Shown here piece after piece: positions 46,203 to 58,758 of a DNA stretch of 64,000 bases. The notes beneath the pieces are model-generated. The model had not been told where the DNA came from and did no database searches. It worked only from the letters and a program-made list of their open reading frames with translations. This DNA is from Trichodelitschia bisporula (taxonomy: Eukaryota). The DNA lies in the NCBI GenBank assembly GCA_010356995.1, contig ML996694.1, forward strand, positions 805,224 to 869,223, in the 5' to 3' direction. Position 1 is the first letter of the stretch; every line of letters begins with the position of its first letter. Position numbers and translations under genes: made by a program.

Positions 46203-47620
46203 GATGAAGGTGGAGTAGGTCACTTTCGCTGAATCATGGACTTTCCAGCAGTCTTGAGAAATGTGAAGTTCCACACGTCCCCTAGGTCCAAAAGTCCTCA
46301 CTGGACCATTCGTTCCTGCCGCTGTTTGGGATCGGAAGGTGAACTGGGCATTTGTCTATGACTCCTACCCAGCGATTCGACCTGAGTTTATGGCCATGGC
46401 AGGAGTAGCGAGGTGCTGAACCCTGATGATAGCACCTTCTTCTTCTTCCGCTTTCTGTTCCCGTTTCCATCGGGTTAACTTGCGTTGGGAAGGCATGTTC
46501 CGAAGGCTCGTCGCTGCAGATCGGCGGGCATTCGATGAGATACAACAGGAAGGGGCGTCGCCACGCTGCTCGCATTGCGAAGGATAGGGACAGCAGCATT
46601 GAGTTGTATAGCTTAGTACCGCCCGGTGAGCATTACTTTCTAAATGGAAGCATAGGCCTGACACGTGCAGTGGCTACGGCATGAAGTGAGATTTATGAAA
46701 AGACGAAGAGAGAAAAAGAGAGGGAGAGTCAACGCCCAACGAAGATGCATACGATGTTCCATGTGTCCTTCCTCCCGCCATGCGCAACTTCCAGACTAAC
46801 ATGCTCCTTCCCAGTGATAGGTATGCTGCCTTGGTGCCAGGCTTGCCCCAGGTGTCCGCACCACTTTCTTGCCTCCGAGGCTTCCGTGTACATGACGTGA
46901 AGTTAAGCATTTTAGCATTTTTGACCGCGATGGGGCGGCCGCCGGGATCATCTCGGGTAAAGTCCCGGCTCTGGCCTGGCGTGGGTGAATACTTATTTGT
47001 CTGGCTTTAGGCGGCTTCACTCGCCCGGCCCCGGCACGGCCAACTGACTACGTTAGTTTGGAATCTGCTTGAAAGTATCGTGAAGGGAAAAGTTTGACGC
47101 ACCGAAAATGTCAGTGGCAGCCAAAAGGCACGTCATTTTAACTTCACGCCCGACTACAAGCATCCGCACAGCATTTCAAAAGCATTAAGTTCAAGGTTTA
47201 GGCTAGATTTAATTTAAGGGTAGCCGCAGATCGTGGACTTATCGCTTGAAGAGGAGGCGCACGCACGCCCAAGCAAACTTCTTCCACCAACGGCTCGGAC
47301 GTTTTAATCCAGGGGTAGGGTAACTGTGCTGTATGTTAGCATGTTCCAGCCATGTAGTTCTAGGGGACTTCACTTGCTTGCAGTAGCAAGAATGAAGATT
47401 GTACGAAGGGTAATCGTGGGAGCCGATCAAGACTATGTAAAATGTATGTGCTGCACTAACCATTTGATAGGGCTCTTAATGATCAGAAACACTCTTTCCT
47501 GAATATCAATGCTCCTGCCCCACATTCACATGGAAGCATGATAGAGGCATCCAGCACCGTGTTGGGCTGTGGGGATGGTGCATCGCTAAGTAGACTGCGA
47601 TTCGGACGTCTTTCGAAATT

Positions 47621-47995
47621 CTAGCACGCGTTAGCGGAGATCGTGGTGGTCGTGGCTCGTCGAATTAATCCACCGGCAATCTGCTGAGCGTGAGTGGAAT
47701 CCTTTCCCTCGGTGGCAGCGTGGGATTTACCCGCCTGCTCAGCTTCGTAGGAATGCATTCCCTCCATTAAGAGCTCCATCTGCTTTATAGTGCGCTTGTT
47801 GTGGCGCAAGGGCCTTGGGTACTTCTTTGGTTCAGGAAGCGGAATACCCGTTGCCTTACTAATCTCCTGCCATTTGTCGTTCGCTCGATGCTTGCGCAAG
47901 GTGCTCGTCCTCAGTGCTTTGCCTTTAACGCCGCACTTTGAGCAATGGCAGATACGGGTCGGGCGGACCCTCTTACTGTCACTAATTACAGCCAT
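47621..47995 (-). CDS. Small protein with a CxCxxC-x14-H putative zinc-binding motif
   Basis: CHCSKC...STLRKH. A GTATGT..CTAAC..CAG intron (48048-47996) ends immediately before the ATG. Confidence 0.6.
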   Translation of the reverse strand: MAVISDSKRVRPTRICHCSKCGVKGKALRTSTLRKHRANDKWQEISKATGIPLPEPKKYPRPLRHNKRTIKQMELLMEGMHSYEAEQAGKSHAATEGKDSTHAQQIAGGLIRRATTTTISANAC

Positions 47996-49217
47996 CTGCG
48001 CAGCCCGTCAGTTAGTGTTCAATTGGGGGTCGCAATGGATTAACATACCCTGGAGAGCGGGTGATGACGAGAGAAACAGTCAGACGACGTCAGATATTGA
48101 GAAACAGGGATACAGAGTGTGGATTGCGGGCAAAGGAAAGAGAAAGTCAGAGCGGGAGGTAGTCATTTCCATATATCTGTGAATGTTTACCCGTAGCCAA
48201 ACATCGAACTCGAAGGAAGTATATCCTTGGCCACGGCTTCGGGAAGTGTGTAGAAGCGTTCAAGGGCCTTGAGTTCGAATATCGTAGCGAAGGAGGCATA
48301 GTGTGGAGCGGCAGCTTAGACGGGATGCTCGGGGAACGCGGTCAGAGGCTGTCTGCGAGAGCCTGCGGCTTAGGTGCAGCGAGGTCAAGGGCACCGGCGC
48401 AAGAATTCCAAGACTCGTTGGCAGATTCCCCGAGGAGCTCTGATGCTCCCTCATACTGCCCACGAGTGTGACTTGGTTGTACTTAGATCTTAAGAACGTG
48501 CGGAAGAAAGCCAGGGAGCGGCGAGCCGAGCCGACACTTTGAACAACGGACTCTCCAGCCCCGGGACGATCGGCAGGCGCGGCAACCACGTCGATCGCTT
48601 GGATACATGAGAAACATCATATGCAGGGAAGGAGTCTAGGAGGGCTGCCAATTGAGCAGCTGATGGAGCTAGAGCGAGCAATAGGTCTGAGTACATATCA
48701 AGGCAGCAGCTAGACAGTCGCCCAATTCGCAACTTACATGGTTTTTAGGGATTCCGCTGAAATCGAACCAGAATGTGGGCATTGGGAACTTGATGTAGAA
48801 CTTCCATGGATTTTGATGCTCATTACGACTGTTCGTTGTGTCATCAATGGAAGATGAAGGAGGTGGGGCGCAGTGGGGATGAAGTGGGAGGAAACATGCT
48901 GAGGTCACTTACGAGTACCCCTGCCGTACCACACTTTCCCAGCCACGCCAGCCTCGATTGACGTTTGAACCAATCAGCATCATGGCCTAGCCACATTTGC
49001 CCAAATCTAGCGCTGCTAGGCTGGCACGGCTGGGTCACTTGTGGTCTTACGGATATACACATTCCTCTGGAATGAGATCGGACACTGAGCAGATGAAACT
49101 GTAATTATAGGGACCATTCCCAGCGATAGAAATGCCTGACACTACATCCAGCGAGACCGCTTTGGATCAACCCTCTCGGGGATCGCGATCCGCAGAAGGC
49201 TCTCGGACTGGCAGACC

Positions 49218-50207
49218 TCAATTCTCCCCCTCTCTCAATCTATCCAACAGGGCATCGACCTCTGCGGTGCTCCAGAAGCTCTCCTCTTCTATTATGCTCT
49301 CTGCTCCCTCAAGCGTAGAGGGCTGGGGAGGCAACGTCATGGCTTCGGCTGGCGGAAACCCATGAATCGCTTTCATTTCCCCCATGTCGTCTCTTGGGTT
49401 CCCCTTTCCCTTCGCTCGATATACCTCACCATTCCCACCCACAGCAGCGTCGTCTTCTCCACCAGCATCATCTTCTTCGTCAGGGTCATCGCCTCCATCG
49501 GTGTAACCTTCTCCATCAGCGTCCTCGTCCACATCCTGATTCTCAAGTAAACCAGTATCGGCATGTACAGGCCGCCCCTGGCGTTTCCATTCATCTTTCA
49601 AATGACTGTCCATCGTGCGAACGGATAGTATCTTTCCTCCGGAAGGGAGCTGACGGCAGAGGTAGCAAGTGCAGCGCTGCCGGGGCGGCTCGGCAAACAC
49701 GGTGCTATTCTCATCGTAGGTGTTTTCCTTTTGTTGAAGAAGCCTCTCCTTCTCTCGATGCTTCCACCAAGTATAGTATTTGATTGACTGACCCTCTGAA
49801 GGTGGGATGGCGCATACTCTGCACCTGCAGAGCACCCAGACGCAAAGTTCGTCGGGACGGCGTAGGCGGTGTTTAGGTGGGGGAAGTTTGGGTGACCGCA
49901 GTCCCATTTCGTCCCTCCATTCCTTTATCAGATGGGCGTTTATTGTCCCGACGCTCAGTATGTTTCCTCCGGAAGGGTACTGACGGCAGATGGGGCAGGT
50001 ACAGCGCTGCGGGGGCGGCTCTGCAAACATGGCGTTATCCTCATCGTAAGTGTTTTCCCCTTGTTGAAGAGACACCTCCTTCTTTCGATGGTTCTTAAAA
50101 GTGTGGTACTTGACTGTTCGGCCCTCTGAAGGTAGGACGGCGCATGCTCTGCACCTACAGAGCACCCAGACGCAAAGCTCGTCGGGACGCGTAGGCCTCG
50201 TTGCCAT
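49218..50207 (-). CDS. 329-aa protein with four CxCxxC...H motifs (110-aa unit duplicated) and an acidic tail
   Basis: CRCRAC..TFKNH, CTCPIC..TINAH, CRCRVC..TWWKH and CTCYLC..TMDSH; the DNA repeat period is 330 nt. Confidence 0.75.
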   Translation of the reverse strand: MATRPTRPDELCVWVLCRCRACAVLPSEGRTVKYHTFKNHRKKEVSLQQGENTYDEDNAMFAEPPPQRCTCPICRQYPSGGNILSVGTINAHLIKEWRDEMGLRSPKLPPPKHRLRRPDELCVWVLCRCRVCAIPPSEGQSIKYYTWWKHREKERLLQQKENTYDENSTVFAEPPRQRCTCYLCRQLPSGGKILSVRTMDSHLKDEWKRQGRPVHADTGLLENQDVDEDADGEGYTDGGDDPDEEDDAGGEDDAAVGGNGEVYRAKGKGNPRDDMGEMKAIHGFPPAEAMTLPPQPSTLEGAESIIEEESFWSTAEVDALLDRLREGEN

Positions 50208-51585
50208 AGCAAAGGATGCGGTGCGCGTGACTGGGTTGCCGGGAGCCCTCGATAGGTGGCCCTTTTGATGCTTCGGGTTTCTGGACTTAATGGTAAGTGG
50301 AGTCAGAAATATCCTTGATGCTGTACCAGCTATTATTGAGTAGGATGCTCAGGGAACTTGAGTGAAGGGATGTGAGAGGATTGACTAGTGATGGAGGGAC
50401 AACAGATCTCAGACTATCAGCATCCAACGAACGAAGCGTATGGCAAGTACGTGTCACCGTTCCTGCAGCGGCGATGGGAGGAGGGAGGGGAATACCTAAG
50501 AGTAGGCGCAATTGCCACAGCTCAGAAACCGGGCCTAGCATTTTGCTACTGCTTGCTCTACTGCTTGCTCTAATTATCAATAGTTCTTCGAGAGAATACC
50601 GAGCGTTAGCTTCATCCCTTCCTTCACTGCTTTCCTCTCCCGATCTGGCCATTGCTCCACCGTGCCTCGCCTCCTTCTTAATAAGCTCAACATGCAGCTC
50701 ATCATCAACTTTGGGGTGCCCTATAAGCCTCATGTCACTGGTATCTCAGTCTAGTTCGGGCTCCCTGACCGCTGTGGTACCAATCACTGTGTTTGCCTAT
50801 TGTGCATGCCGCCCCATACGGCGTGAGACTTGTTCTTCGAATTGCCAGCTAGAGCGTTCGCCATGCTGCAGTTGCCTTGAATATCTCTGGTCTTTTCCGA
50901 GCTCTGCAGTAGCGTGGCTCATCAAGTCCCCGGTGATCGGGTCTGGGATGGAACCGACATTGTAGAATGCCGGCGGCGGATTCAAGCCTTTCCATCGGGC
51001 TTTATTCCGTTGCTCGCTCAATTTAAACTGGATTCCGTCGCTGTATCCCAAGGCAGAGTACATTGTGTGTGTCTTGCTAAAGGAACTGGGTCCTGATGTG
51101 TGGGTTCCTGCGCAATGCCTTCTCGGTGCCTTCTCGGACATGGTACAGCCGTTGCAGCATCAGAGATGCGAGATTTTCGGAAGGCGTTGGGCATCTTGAG
51201 CGGCCCAGCGGTTGGATACATATATGGAACGCATCGGTGATAATGCAGTGTTCTCGGGAGAGGTTTCCAGTGGAGTGAGATGATGCAAGGGTGGACCCTA
51301 TCTAAAGATAATTCTCTCTGCTGCGCGGCAGATCAGGTGTACTTGCCGTGAGAGCAGTGAGGGAAGGGACAGGCAGAACTACTGCCTCTCTCGCAGGGGC
51401 AGCATATTGTTCATGTATTTACATGTCTTGAAAACATCACAGCTTCACATGAATCACGGCACAAATTTGGCGAACCCGCTACCATTTTTTATTTTTTTTT
51501 GCAACTAGCATACAAAGCGGTCAACATCTATCGTACACAACATGAAATAACCCATTCCCACGTGTCCCGCGCAACGTGAAATAAC

Positions 51586-53106
51586 TCATTCCCACATGTC
51601 CAGGGTGCTAGTTCTAAGGCTCCCACAATCCAGGGTGTTAAGGCCATGAAACTTGGCCCACTTAGCCTTCTCCTCAAGCCTGTCTGCCTTCTCACGAGGC
51701 TTAGCAGTGACGACGACAAAACTGTCATATCTCCGATCGAAAACGGGAGCGTTGGCGGCGGCGGCGTCCATCTCACTAAGAATGTTGGAGATGCTGTAGG
51801 TGGGATGGACGACAGAGGTATCAGAAAGGCGGCGACGCGGCGCGACCACCTTGGGCGCAACGGAGCGAGAATTCTTCTGAGCAGGCTCGGTGTTCTCCGC
51901 GGCAGAAGCGCCAGAAGGACGAGCGACGCAGTTCGTCTTGCGCTTCTTATGAGCTGGCTCATCGCGGCCCTCTGAAGGAGCTGGAACAGAGTCGTCGATG
52001 TCATCCGCGTCATCCTCATTCTCATCCTGAAAACGCTTGCGCTTTTTGGTCGGCTTCGCCTCATGAGCGCGCTTCTTCTCCGGCGTGATGATATGGCCAG
52101 ACGGTCCAGCATATTTTTTCTGGCGCTCCTCGAACATCTTGTGAGCGGCAGCAGCAGCTTTGGCCTTCGCCTTTTCGAACTTGGCGAGACGCTCCGCCTT
52201 GCTCTTCTCAATGTCGGCCTTCTGTTCTTCCGAGAGCGGCAGGCCGTGGAAAGGGTTGAAACCGGCGGCCGGACGGACGCTAGCCGAGTGGACGCGAGAC
52301 GAGCGCTTGTTTGGCTCGATATCCCTCTTGCTGACCTCGGCCTTGCGCTTCCGACTCACTGGGGCAGCGTGAATGTTGTTGTTTGGGATGGTAGCGGTAT
52401 GGCTCTTCGCGTTGGCCTCCTTTTGAGCGCGCAGAGCGGCTTCGCGGCGCTGAGCCTTGTTGGCAGCCCAGGCAGAGCGTTCGACGGCGGTGGCGTTGGG
52501 CGGTAGAGCACTCATGGCAGGGACGGCGTCAACGGTTTCCTTGATCGGATTCAGAGCGTTGGGACGCATGGTGGCGGTGACAGGTGTGGCGATGTTGGCT
52601 TTGCCGGTCTTTGCAGCAGTGCTGGCAGCGACAGTCGCGGGCTTGTTGGTGGTGATAAGGGTGGCGACGTTGGTCTTGTCGGCCATTGCAGTGGTGCCAG
52701 TAGCGACAGTTGTACGCTTGGAGGCGGTGGAGGCGGGGAGCTTGTTGGTCTTTGGGGTGGGGAGCGCATTGGTGTTGGTTGTGGCGAGCTTGTTGGTAGT
52801 GGGGGTGGGACGCGTCGCGGTCGCGATCGCGGTGGTGATGCGCGCCGTCCCAGTCGTGGTCGCGCGGGCGGTGCCGGAAGTCGTCGACGGCTTCATATCG
52901 GTCTTGCGAGGAGCGATACTAGAGGCAGTCTTGATGGCTGGAAGGGAGGCGAAAGCGCTGCTCGCGTTGGCGGCGGCGGAAGTCTTCTTGATGCCCTCAG
53001 GGGCGGACTTCGCGGCACGACCAGCCTTCATGCGAGCGACGTGGGCAGCTTCAGCGTTGGTCTTCTTCAGCTCAAGCTGCTTCTTCAAGTCCTCAGAACC
53101 GGACAT
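51586..53106 (-). CDS. Basic Lys/Ala/Thr-rich low-complexity protein (506 aa), function unknown
   Basis: Long open frame with NLS-like RKRK and KKRKR motifs; an upstream GTAAGT..CTAAC..CAG intron (53228-53109) ends 2 nt before the ATG. Confidence 0.7.
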   Translation of the reverse strand: MSGSEDLKKQLELKKTNAEAAHVARMKAGRAAKSAPEGIKKTSAAANASSAFASLPAIKTASSIAPRKTDMKPSTTSGTARATTTGTARITTAIATATRPTPTTNKLATTNTNALPTPKTNKLPASTASKRTTVATGTTAMADKTNVATLITTNKPATVAASTAAKTGKANIATPVTATMRPNALNPIKETVDAVPAMSALPPNATAVERSAWAANKAQRREAALRAQKEANAKSHTATIPNNNIHAAPVSRKRKAEVSKRDIEPNKRSSRVHSASVRPAAGFNPFHGLPLSEEQKADIEKSKAERLAKFEKAKAKAAAAAHKMFEERQKKYAGPSGHIITPEKKRAHEAKPTKKRKRFQDENEDDADDIDDSVPAPSEGRDEPAHKKRKTNCVARPSGASAAENTEPAQKNSRSVAPKVVAPRRRLSDTSVVHPTYSISNILSEMDAAAANAPVFDRRYDSFVVVTAKPREKADRLEEKAKWAKFHGLNTLDCGSLRTSTLDMWE

Positions 53107-54036
53107 CTCTGATGACGTTAGGATGGGAACTGGCTGTTCTGGGGTGCAGAGTGGTGATGGGGAAGTTTGCTTTTGGAATGTGTAGTGGTAAAGGGGGTGT
53201 AGAGGTAGGGAGATGAGGGAGGACTTACTGATGGTAGTGAGGAAAGTTGGAAAGTTCGGTGACAAAGGGGAGGTACTGGAGGTGCGTTGAGAAGCTTTCG
53301 GGTTGGACAACTGAAGAAGTTGAAAACTGAAAACTCTGGAAAACGGTGACAGTGTGAACACTGAAGAAAAGAAGAAGAGGAGAAGAAGAGGAGCAGCTCG
53401 CCAGGTCATTCACCTTGCCGAGGCCGCCAAGTCGTCAATATGAGGATGCCATTGAGGATTTTCCGAGAGACTGCCAAGCCGTAAAGAATGAGTGAATGGC
53501 CGATGAGGACGGAAGGTGCTGGCAAACAGCTCGTGTCTTCTGTATGGGAGCGTGCGATTCTGCCGCAATTTGGACGGCGCAGGGGCCATGTGTGAGTGGT
53601 GAGACTAGAGACAGGAGGTATAACGATAAGGCTGATAAAGTCGCCACAAGGCGCGGCCTTGGGATGAGATGGTGGTTGAGTTATGTCGGACCCGACATCG
53701 GACAAGATATATCCTAAATGAGATTCGAGACACTGGGTTGATCAGTACAAGAAGAAGGATAGGGGTAGCTTTCCAACCTTTATAGTTACTGTTCAACCAC
53801 GTTGTATGAGATCAAGAGGGCTAGAACTGAATATGTCTTCTGAGATACGGTTAATAATGATTCCAAGTATGTTCAGAGTGTTTACCCAGAATCCCGGGGC
53901 CCAGTTGGGCTTTCTCCATGTTCGGGTGTCAACCTGCGGTATTGAAGCAGGGAAGTGTGGATTATCAGTTATTAATTGGTATATACTGCACCGCCGAGTT
54001 GCTGTACTCGACAATGACTGCGCTATCTTCTCTTTG

Positions 54037-55215
54037 TCAATCCCTTCGTTCTCCTCGCCTTGACCCAGGACTCGACGAACGGCGTCTCTGCCCATCTTCA
54101 TCACTCTCATCCTCTCTCCGGCGATACTGGTCGCGCGGTGAACTCCGGCTTCGCCTCCGGTCGCCGTCCCTGGAAGCGCTTCTCCGTCTCCGAGGATAGT
54201 CTCCATTGCGCGGACTGCGCGACTGACGACGGTGGTTATCACGGTCACTACTGCGTGATCGATGATGATAGCCGTTTGGCGAAGAAGTGCGCGATCGACG
54301 ACGGGAATCATCTCGTAATGTGCTACGTCTCCTTGAGTGGTACCCATCATCCGAAGCACTTCGATCCCGGCGATACGAATCCCTTGAATCCCGGGACGCG
54401 CTTCGATCCCTGTACTCGTCCGCACTGTCCTCTCTCCTCTCGCCCTCCTCGGAGCCCACATTGCGCATCTCCTCCACACCCTCCATCTCGTTCTCCAACT
54501 CCTCCAATTCATCGCCCAGCGGACTGACACGCGGTTCCAGCAGCTCCAGATCCTCTAGCAGGCTCCTCGCGGGAATCTTCCACAGCGCAGTCGCACAAAC
54601 GCGGTCCTTGGTGAGCAAATCGTCGACAAATTGATCCACAGTCGTAAGCACAAACCCCTCCCTCGTCCGCCTCTTCAACTTCCGCCAATCACTCAGCAGC
54701 GGTTCAAGCGTGCGATAAATCTCCACCGGCTCCCAGGCAAGCCGGATATAAAACGCCGCCAGCGCACGGAGGTACTTGAAATCGCCTCGGGGCTTTCCAA
54801 GCCCCTCAAACCCGCGCATAACAACCTCCTCATTCTCCTTCTCTTCAGGGGCGCCCTCATTCTCCCCCTCCCCCTCCTCTACCTCATCCTCCTCCGTCCG
54901 ATCCCTAAAATTCAAATACTCCAACACAATCGCCCTCTCCGGCACAAGCTGGAGCATTTTAAACAGCAGACACAGAAACGGCGTCGGCTTCCCCACCCCG
55001 CCGTACGTGCCGCCGATGAAGGCGAGCGAAGCGGCGCGGTCGCACAGCGTCGCGGCGTTAAGCCCAAAGCACTGCTCCTTCCAGTAGTAGGACTCGGTGA
55101 TGCGGTCGCGGACGGCTTTTTCGATGAGCAGCGCGGGGTTTTGGCCGCGGATCAGCGCGCCGCTGTACCCTCTGTCGTCCAGTAGGGCGCGCGCGTCGGG
55201 TTTATGTGTCGCCAT
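54037..55215 (-). CDS. PRP38: Pre-mRNA splicing factor Prp38 with an RS/RD tail
   Basis: IRGQNPALLIEK..RITESYYWKEQCFGLN, PTPFLCLLFKMLQL and FKYLRALAAFYIRL. Confidence 0.95.
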   Translation of the reverse strand: MATHKPDARALLDDRGYSGALIRGQNPALLIEKAVRDRITESYYWKEQCFGLNAATLCDRAASLAFIGGTYGGVGKPTPFLCLLFKMLQLVPERAIVLEYLNFRDRTEEDEVEEGEGENEGAPEEKENEEVVMRGFEGLGKPRGDFKYLRALAAFYIRLAWEPVEIYRTLEPLLSDWRKLKRRTREGFVLTTVDQFVDDLLTKDRVCATALWKIPARSLLEDLELLEPRVSPLGDELEELENEMEGVEEMRNVGSEEGERREDSADEYRDRSASRDSRDSYRRDRSASDDGYHSRRRSTLRDDSRRRSRTSSPNGYHHRSRSSDRDNHRRQSRSPRNGDYPRRRRSASRDGDRRRSRSSPRDQYRRREDESDEDGQRRRSSSPGSRRGERRD

Positions 55216-55552
55216 CTGGCGGTCGGGAGGGGCCTTTAAGGTCGCGATGGAGGGTGGTGTTTGCAAGCCAGAGTTTGTTGAAGCGGCTACAGGCGTCAAA
55301 ACCCTTATTCTGGCCCGTAATTCGTCTTTGTGGTGCTCTCCGTCACATTCGTCATCCATCCCGTCTAGACGTGACGTTGGAACTGACATTAGACCGCGAC
55401 GCCACACGCCAAGCCCTTATCGATAATCCCCCCAGAAACACCATGTTATCAGCCCTACCACCAACCCTCCCATCTCAGGCACGCGCTCAACCATCATACT
55501 CATTCCAACCCAGCATTCCCGACGAGCACGAGCACGCACTCATGCCCTCACA

Positions 55553-56727
55553 ATGCTCCTAACCCAAAGCCAAGTCTCCGTGCTCATGAGCTCGGGGATA
55601 AGTACGTCGCCCACAACCCTCACCCTCCAAATCCACCACCGCTGACACCCATAGTCCTAACCTTCACAACCCTCCTCTTCCTAACCGGCTACCTCCACCA
55701 ACAACGCACCCTTTCCGCCCTGCACTCCACCCTAAAACCCACCATCCCCCCTCCAAACGTGCAATACGACCCCCTCCCCCGCCACCGCGGCAGCGCCCCT
55801 CTCCTCCCTCCCGCCTCGCGAGCACAACTCCAATCCACCTTAACAACGCACAGCACCTTCGACTGGACCCGCGTCGCCTACGCCCAACTCGCCGCCTCCC
55901 ACGGCGCGCTCTGCCACACCCTCCTCCTCTTCGCCGACCTCCACCGGCTCAAGTCCCCCGCGGCGCGGCTTCTCCTCTTCCCGCGAATCTGGGTCACAGC
56001 CGCCGAGTCCGACTACGACCCCGAGATCGAGAGCGCGAAACGTCTCTTAAAAAAAGCGAGTCGCCGGTTTAGGGCCGTTCTCGTGCCGGTGGATCCCATC
56101 GTGGGAGGCGATCCGCTGGATCCGGAGAGTTATTCGGCGCTGACGCTGTTCTCGCTCACGGCGTACGAGCGCATTATTTCGCTTCCGACGCCAGGGCTCG
56201 TGACGCATGCCCCGCCGCTGGACACGCTGCTCACCACTCCCCCATCTCAGCCCGCGCTGGCGGGGCACGACGAGCCGCTGCTCCTGACGCCGAGTGTCGA
56301 GACGCACGCCGCGCTGACAAAAGCATACCTCAAATCGCCACGATCCCTCCCCGCGCTGCTCGCCTCCCTTTATCCCTCCTCCGCCGATCCTCTCTCCAAC
56401 CTCAGCACTACAACCGGCGCGCTCCGCGCACTCACACCGCAAGAACCGTTTAATGCTACGGCATATCTGGAGTCAGTATCCTACATCCGGTTCTCCGATC
56501 CCGAACTCCCGTCGCCGGAATACGAAGTGCCGTATGCGCAGATTGTAGATTTAAGACCAAAAGATGAGGATCAGGGCTTTTTGTGGGAGAGTTTGAGGGG
56601 GGTGTATAAGACGCGACGGTATGAGGTTTGTGGGTTGGATCTGGAGGTTTGGAATGAGGGGAAGAAGGGGGCGGTGAGAGAGCATGAGACGATTTTGGGG
56701 GAGCATCATGGGAAGATAGATTTGTGA
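55553..56727 (+). CDS. Type II membrane GT8/GNT1-like protein (intron 55602-55654)
   Basis: N-terminal TM segment (ILTFTTLLFLTGY); DWTRVAYAQ..LC..L.RLKSPA.RLLL, LTAYERII and YIRFSD resemble the fungal GNT1 family. Confidence 0.7.
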
Positions 56728-56973
56728 GGGATTTTTTTTGGCATTTGAGTTGGGATTTATTCTGCGAGGCGTTGGCCGGATTGATATTGGGGTCACGGAC
56801 GACGTACATAGACTGAATGGATGATAATGTTCACTGCACATGGTGCGGTCAAAACATGAACCCAACCATGATCTACAGCCAATCGCACCAAAAGAAGCCT
56901 GAATTCATACCCCATCGTAAGTACGATTGCTCAACGCTACTTTATCCCAGTCCCTAACCCATCCAGTTCCTCC

Positions 56974-58758
56974 CTACAGCGCCGGCGCCTGCCAGGCATC
57001 GCGGCGAATTTTCAACAACCAAGACTGCTTATGCTCCAAACTAAGCTGGCGCTCCTTGAAGAACCCCACACCCTCAGCATACTGAACCAGTCTATAATCG
57101 TTAGCCGTCATCCCTAGTCACCACCAAGGAGGCACTTACTTCTCATTATCAACCCTCGGCTCCATCATAACCACCTCGGTGCGATTATCCGCCAACCAAC
57201 AATAATGCACCAACGCACTCAACCAAATCGGCACACGATGCGGGCCCCTAAATTCCTGCTCCCCAACCAAGCAATGAATCCCCCGATCATAATTCCCCAC
57301 CTCGCCGGACAAATGCACACCGAGGGCCTGATCCTCCTTCGCCCAGTAAATCTCAAAGTACCCAAACGGCCTGCCATCCCAGCACCCGATCGCAGGAAAC
57401 GAATGCGTGCTCCGCAGTCCCTTGCGTAAGAATTCCTCCTGCTGCGAAGGGGGGCCAGCCTCGCCCCAAAAATCCGACACGCGCGGATCATTCATCCACC
57501 GATGCAAGAGATCGGTGTCACAGCACTCGCTCACCGGTAATTCGGCGCCCACCATCGCTGCGCCCGGCTCGCGGTCCCCGAGTAGCTTGCCCATAGTCGG
57601 GATCGCGGATTCGGACTGGGAGGTCCTCGGCGGCGAGACTGCGGAGCCGAGATGAAACGGGGCGGGTCCGGCAACGGGCCCGCGGTACTGCTGGGGCCGC
57701 CGTGACATGGACGCCACGCGGAAGGACAGGTACTGGCCGACGGAGGGCACGAAGCGGGTGTAGAAAGTCTCGCCCTGACGCGGGGGCTTGGGACGCAGCG
57801 GATGGCGGATTCCGCCGGTGAAGACGAACTGCGGCGGCGGCGGCGGGTAGTACGTGGGCAGGTGAGAAGTGGAGTGGAAAGGGCCCTGCGAGCTACTCTG
57901 CGGCGGCCACACGGGCGGCGAAAGCGGCATTTCGTGCGCGAGGGTCCCGCCGTTGCCGTTGCCGGCCAGGCCGCTGTGAGGCCGGTCGCCGGTTTGCCGG
58001 TTCGGGGACCCTGGGCGCGAGTTATGCGGCGTGCCGGAGGGAAACGGCGAGCCGCTGCTGGACACGAGGGAGAAGAGGTAAATGCGGGCGTCGAGCTGCC
58101 AGAAGGCGCGGCGGGATACAAACATATGCGTCCAGCCCTCCATGGAGCGCTCGTCGAGATCGGCACCGACGCAGCTGTCGGCCGAGGCAATGAGGCCCAT
58201 GCGCTCGAGTTTAGGGAGCACGGTTTTGGAGCTGAAGACGCCTTCACGCTTGATGTTGATGCGCCATTCGCCACGGGGCTTGCCGGAGTCGGCAATGTGC
58301 TCCGAGGACTTGTTTGTTACGAGGAGGTCGGGCTCGGGTTGGTGGAAGTACCACCATAGAGTGGCCCAGAGCATCATGGCGATTTGGCGGGTGGGAGAGT
58401 TGGCGGGGCGGAGCTCGTTGTGGGACGACTGGGAGATGGATGAGATGAAGAGGTGGTCGTTGTGCATGGTGGGTTTGGTGAAGCGCAGTCTGCGGTGCCG
58501 TGCCCGGTGGATGGTGGGGAGGTCGGGGGTATCACGGGGAGTGGTGATGGATGATTTGGAGTCCTTTGGCTGGTGGTGAGGGTCCCAAGCAGGATCGTCA
58601 TCCTCGGTGTTGTCCTCGGTGTGCAAGATAACGGTCCAGCCGGGTGGGAAGGGCGTGTTGTGGCTCGTCAGCTCATTTGCCCTGAAGTAGAGACCGCCGA
58701 ACACGGGAGACACAGTCAAGGTGAGGCCATTTGGGAGATGGGCCTGGTGAGGTGCCAT
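56974..58758 (-). CDS. N5-hydroxyornithine acyltransferase, SidL-like (AlcB/IucB GNAT domain; intron 57092-57139)
   Basis: RHPLRPKPP..GETFYTRF, LLHRWMNDPRVSDFWGE, FGYFEIYWAKED, DRGIHCLVGE and EPRVDNEK. Confidence 0.9.

Noticed and set aside
48490..48782. Putative spliced gene starting MPTFWFDFSGIPKNH with a GTAAGT donor
   Set aside because: The nearby acceptors I tried lead to immediate stops.
50287..51141. Two same-frame minus-strand ORFs as one read-through or RNA-edited gene
   Set aside because: Two stops (TAG and TGA) separate them and neither part has a recognisable domain.
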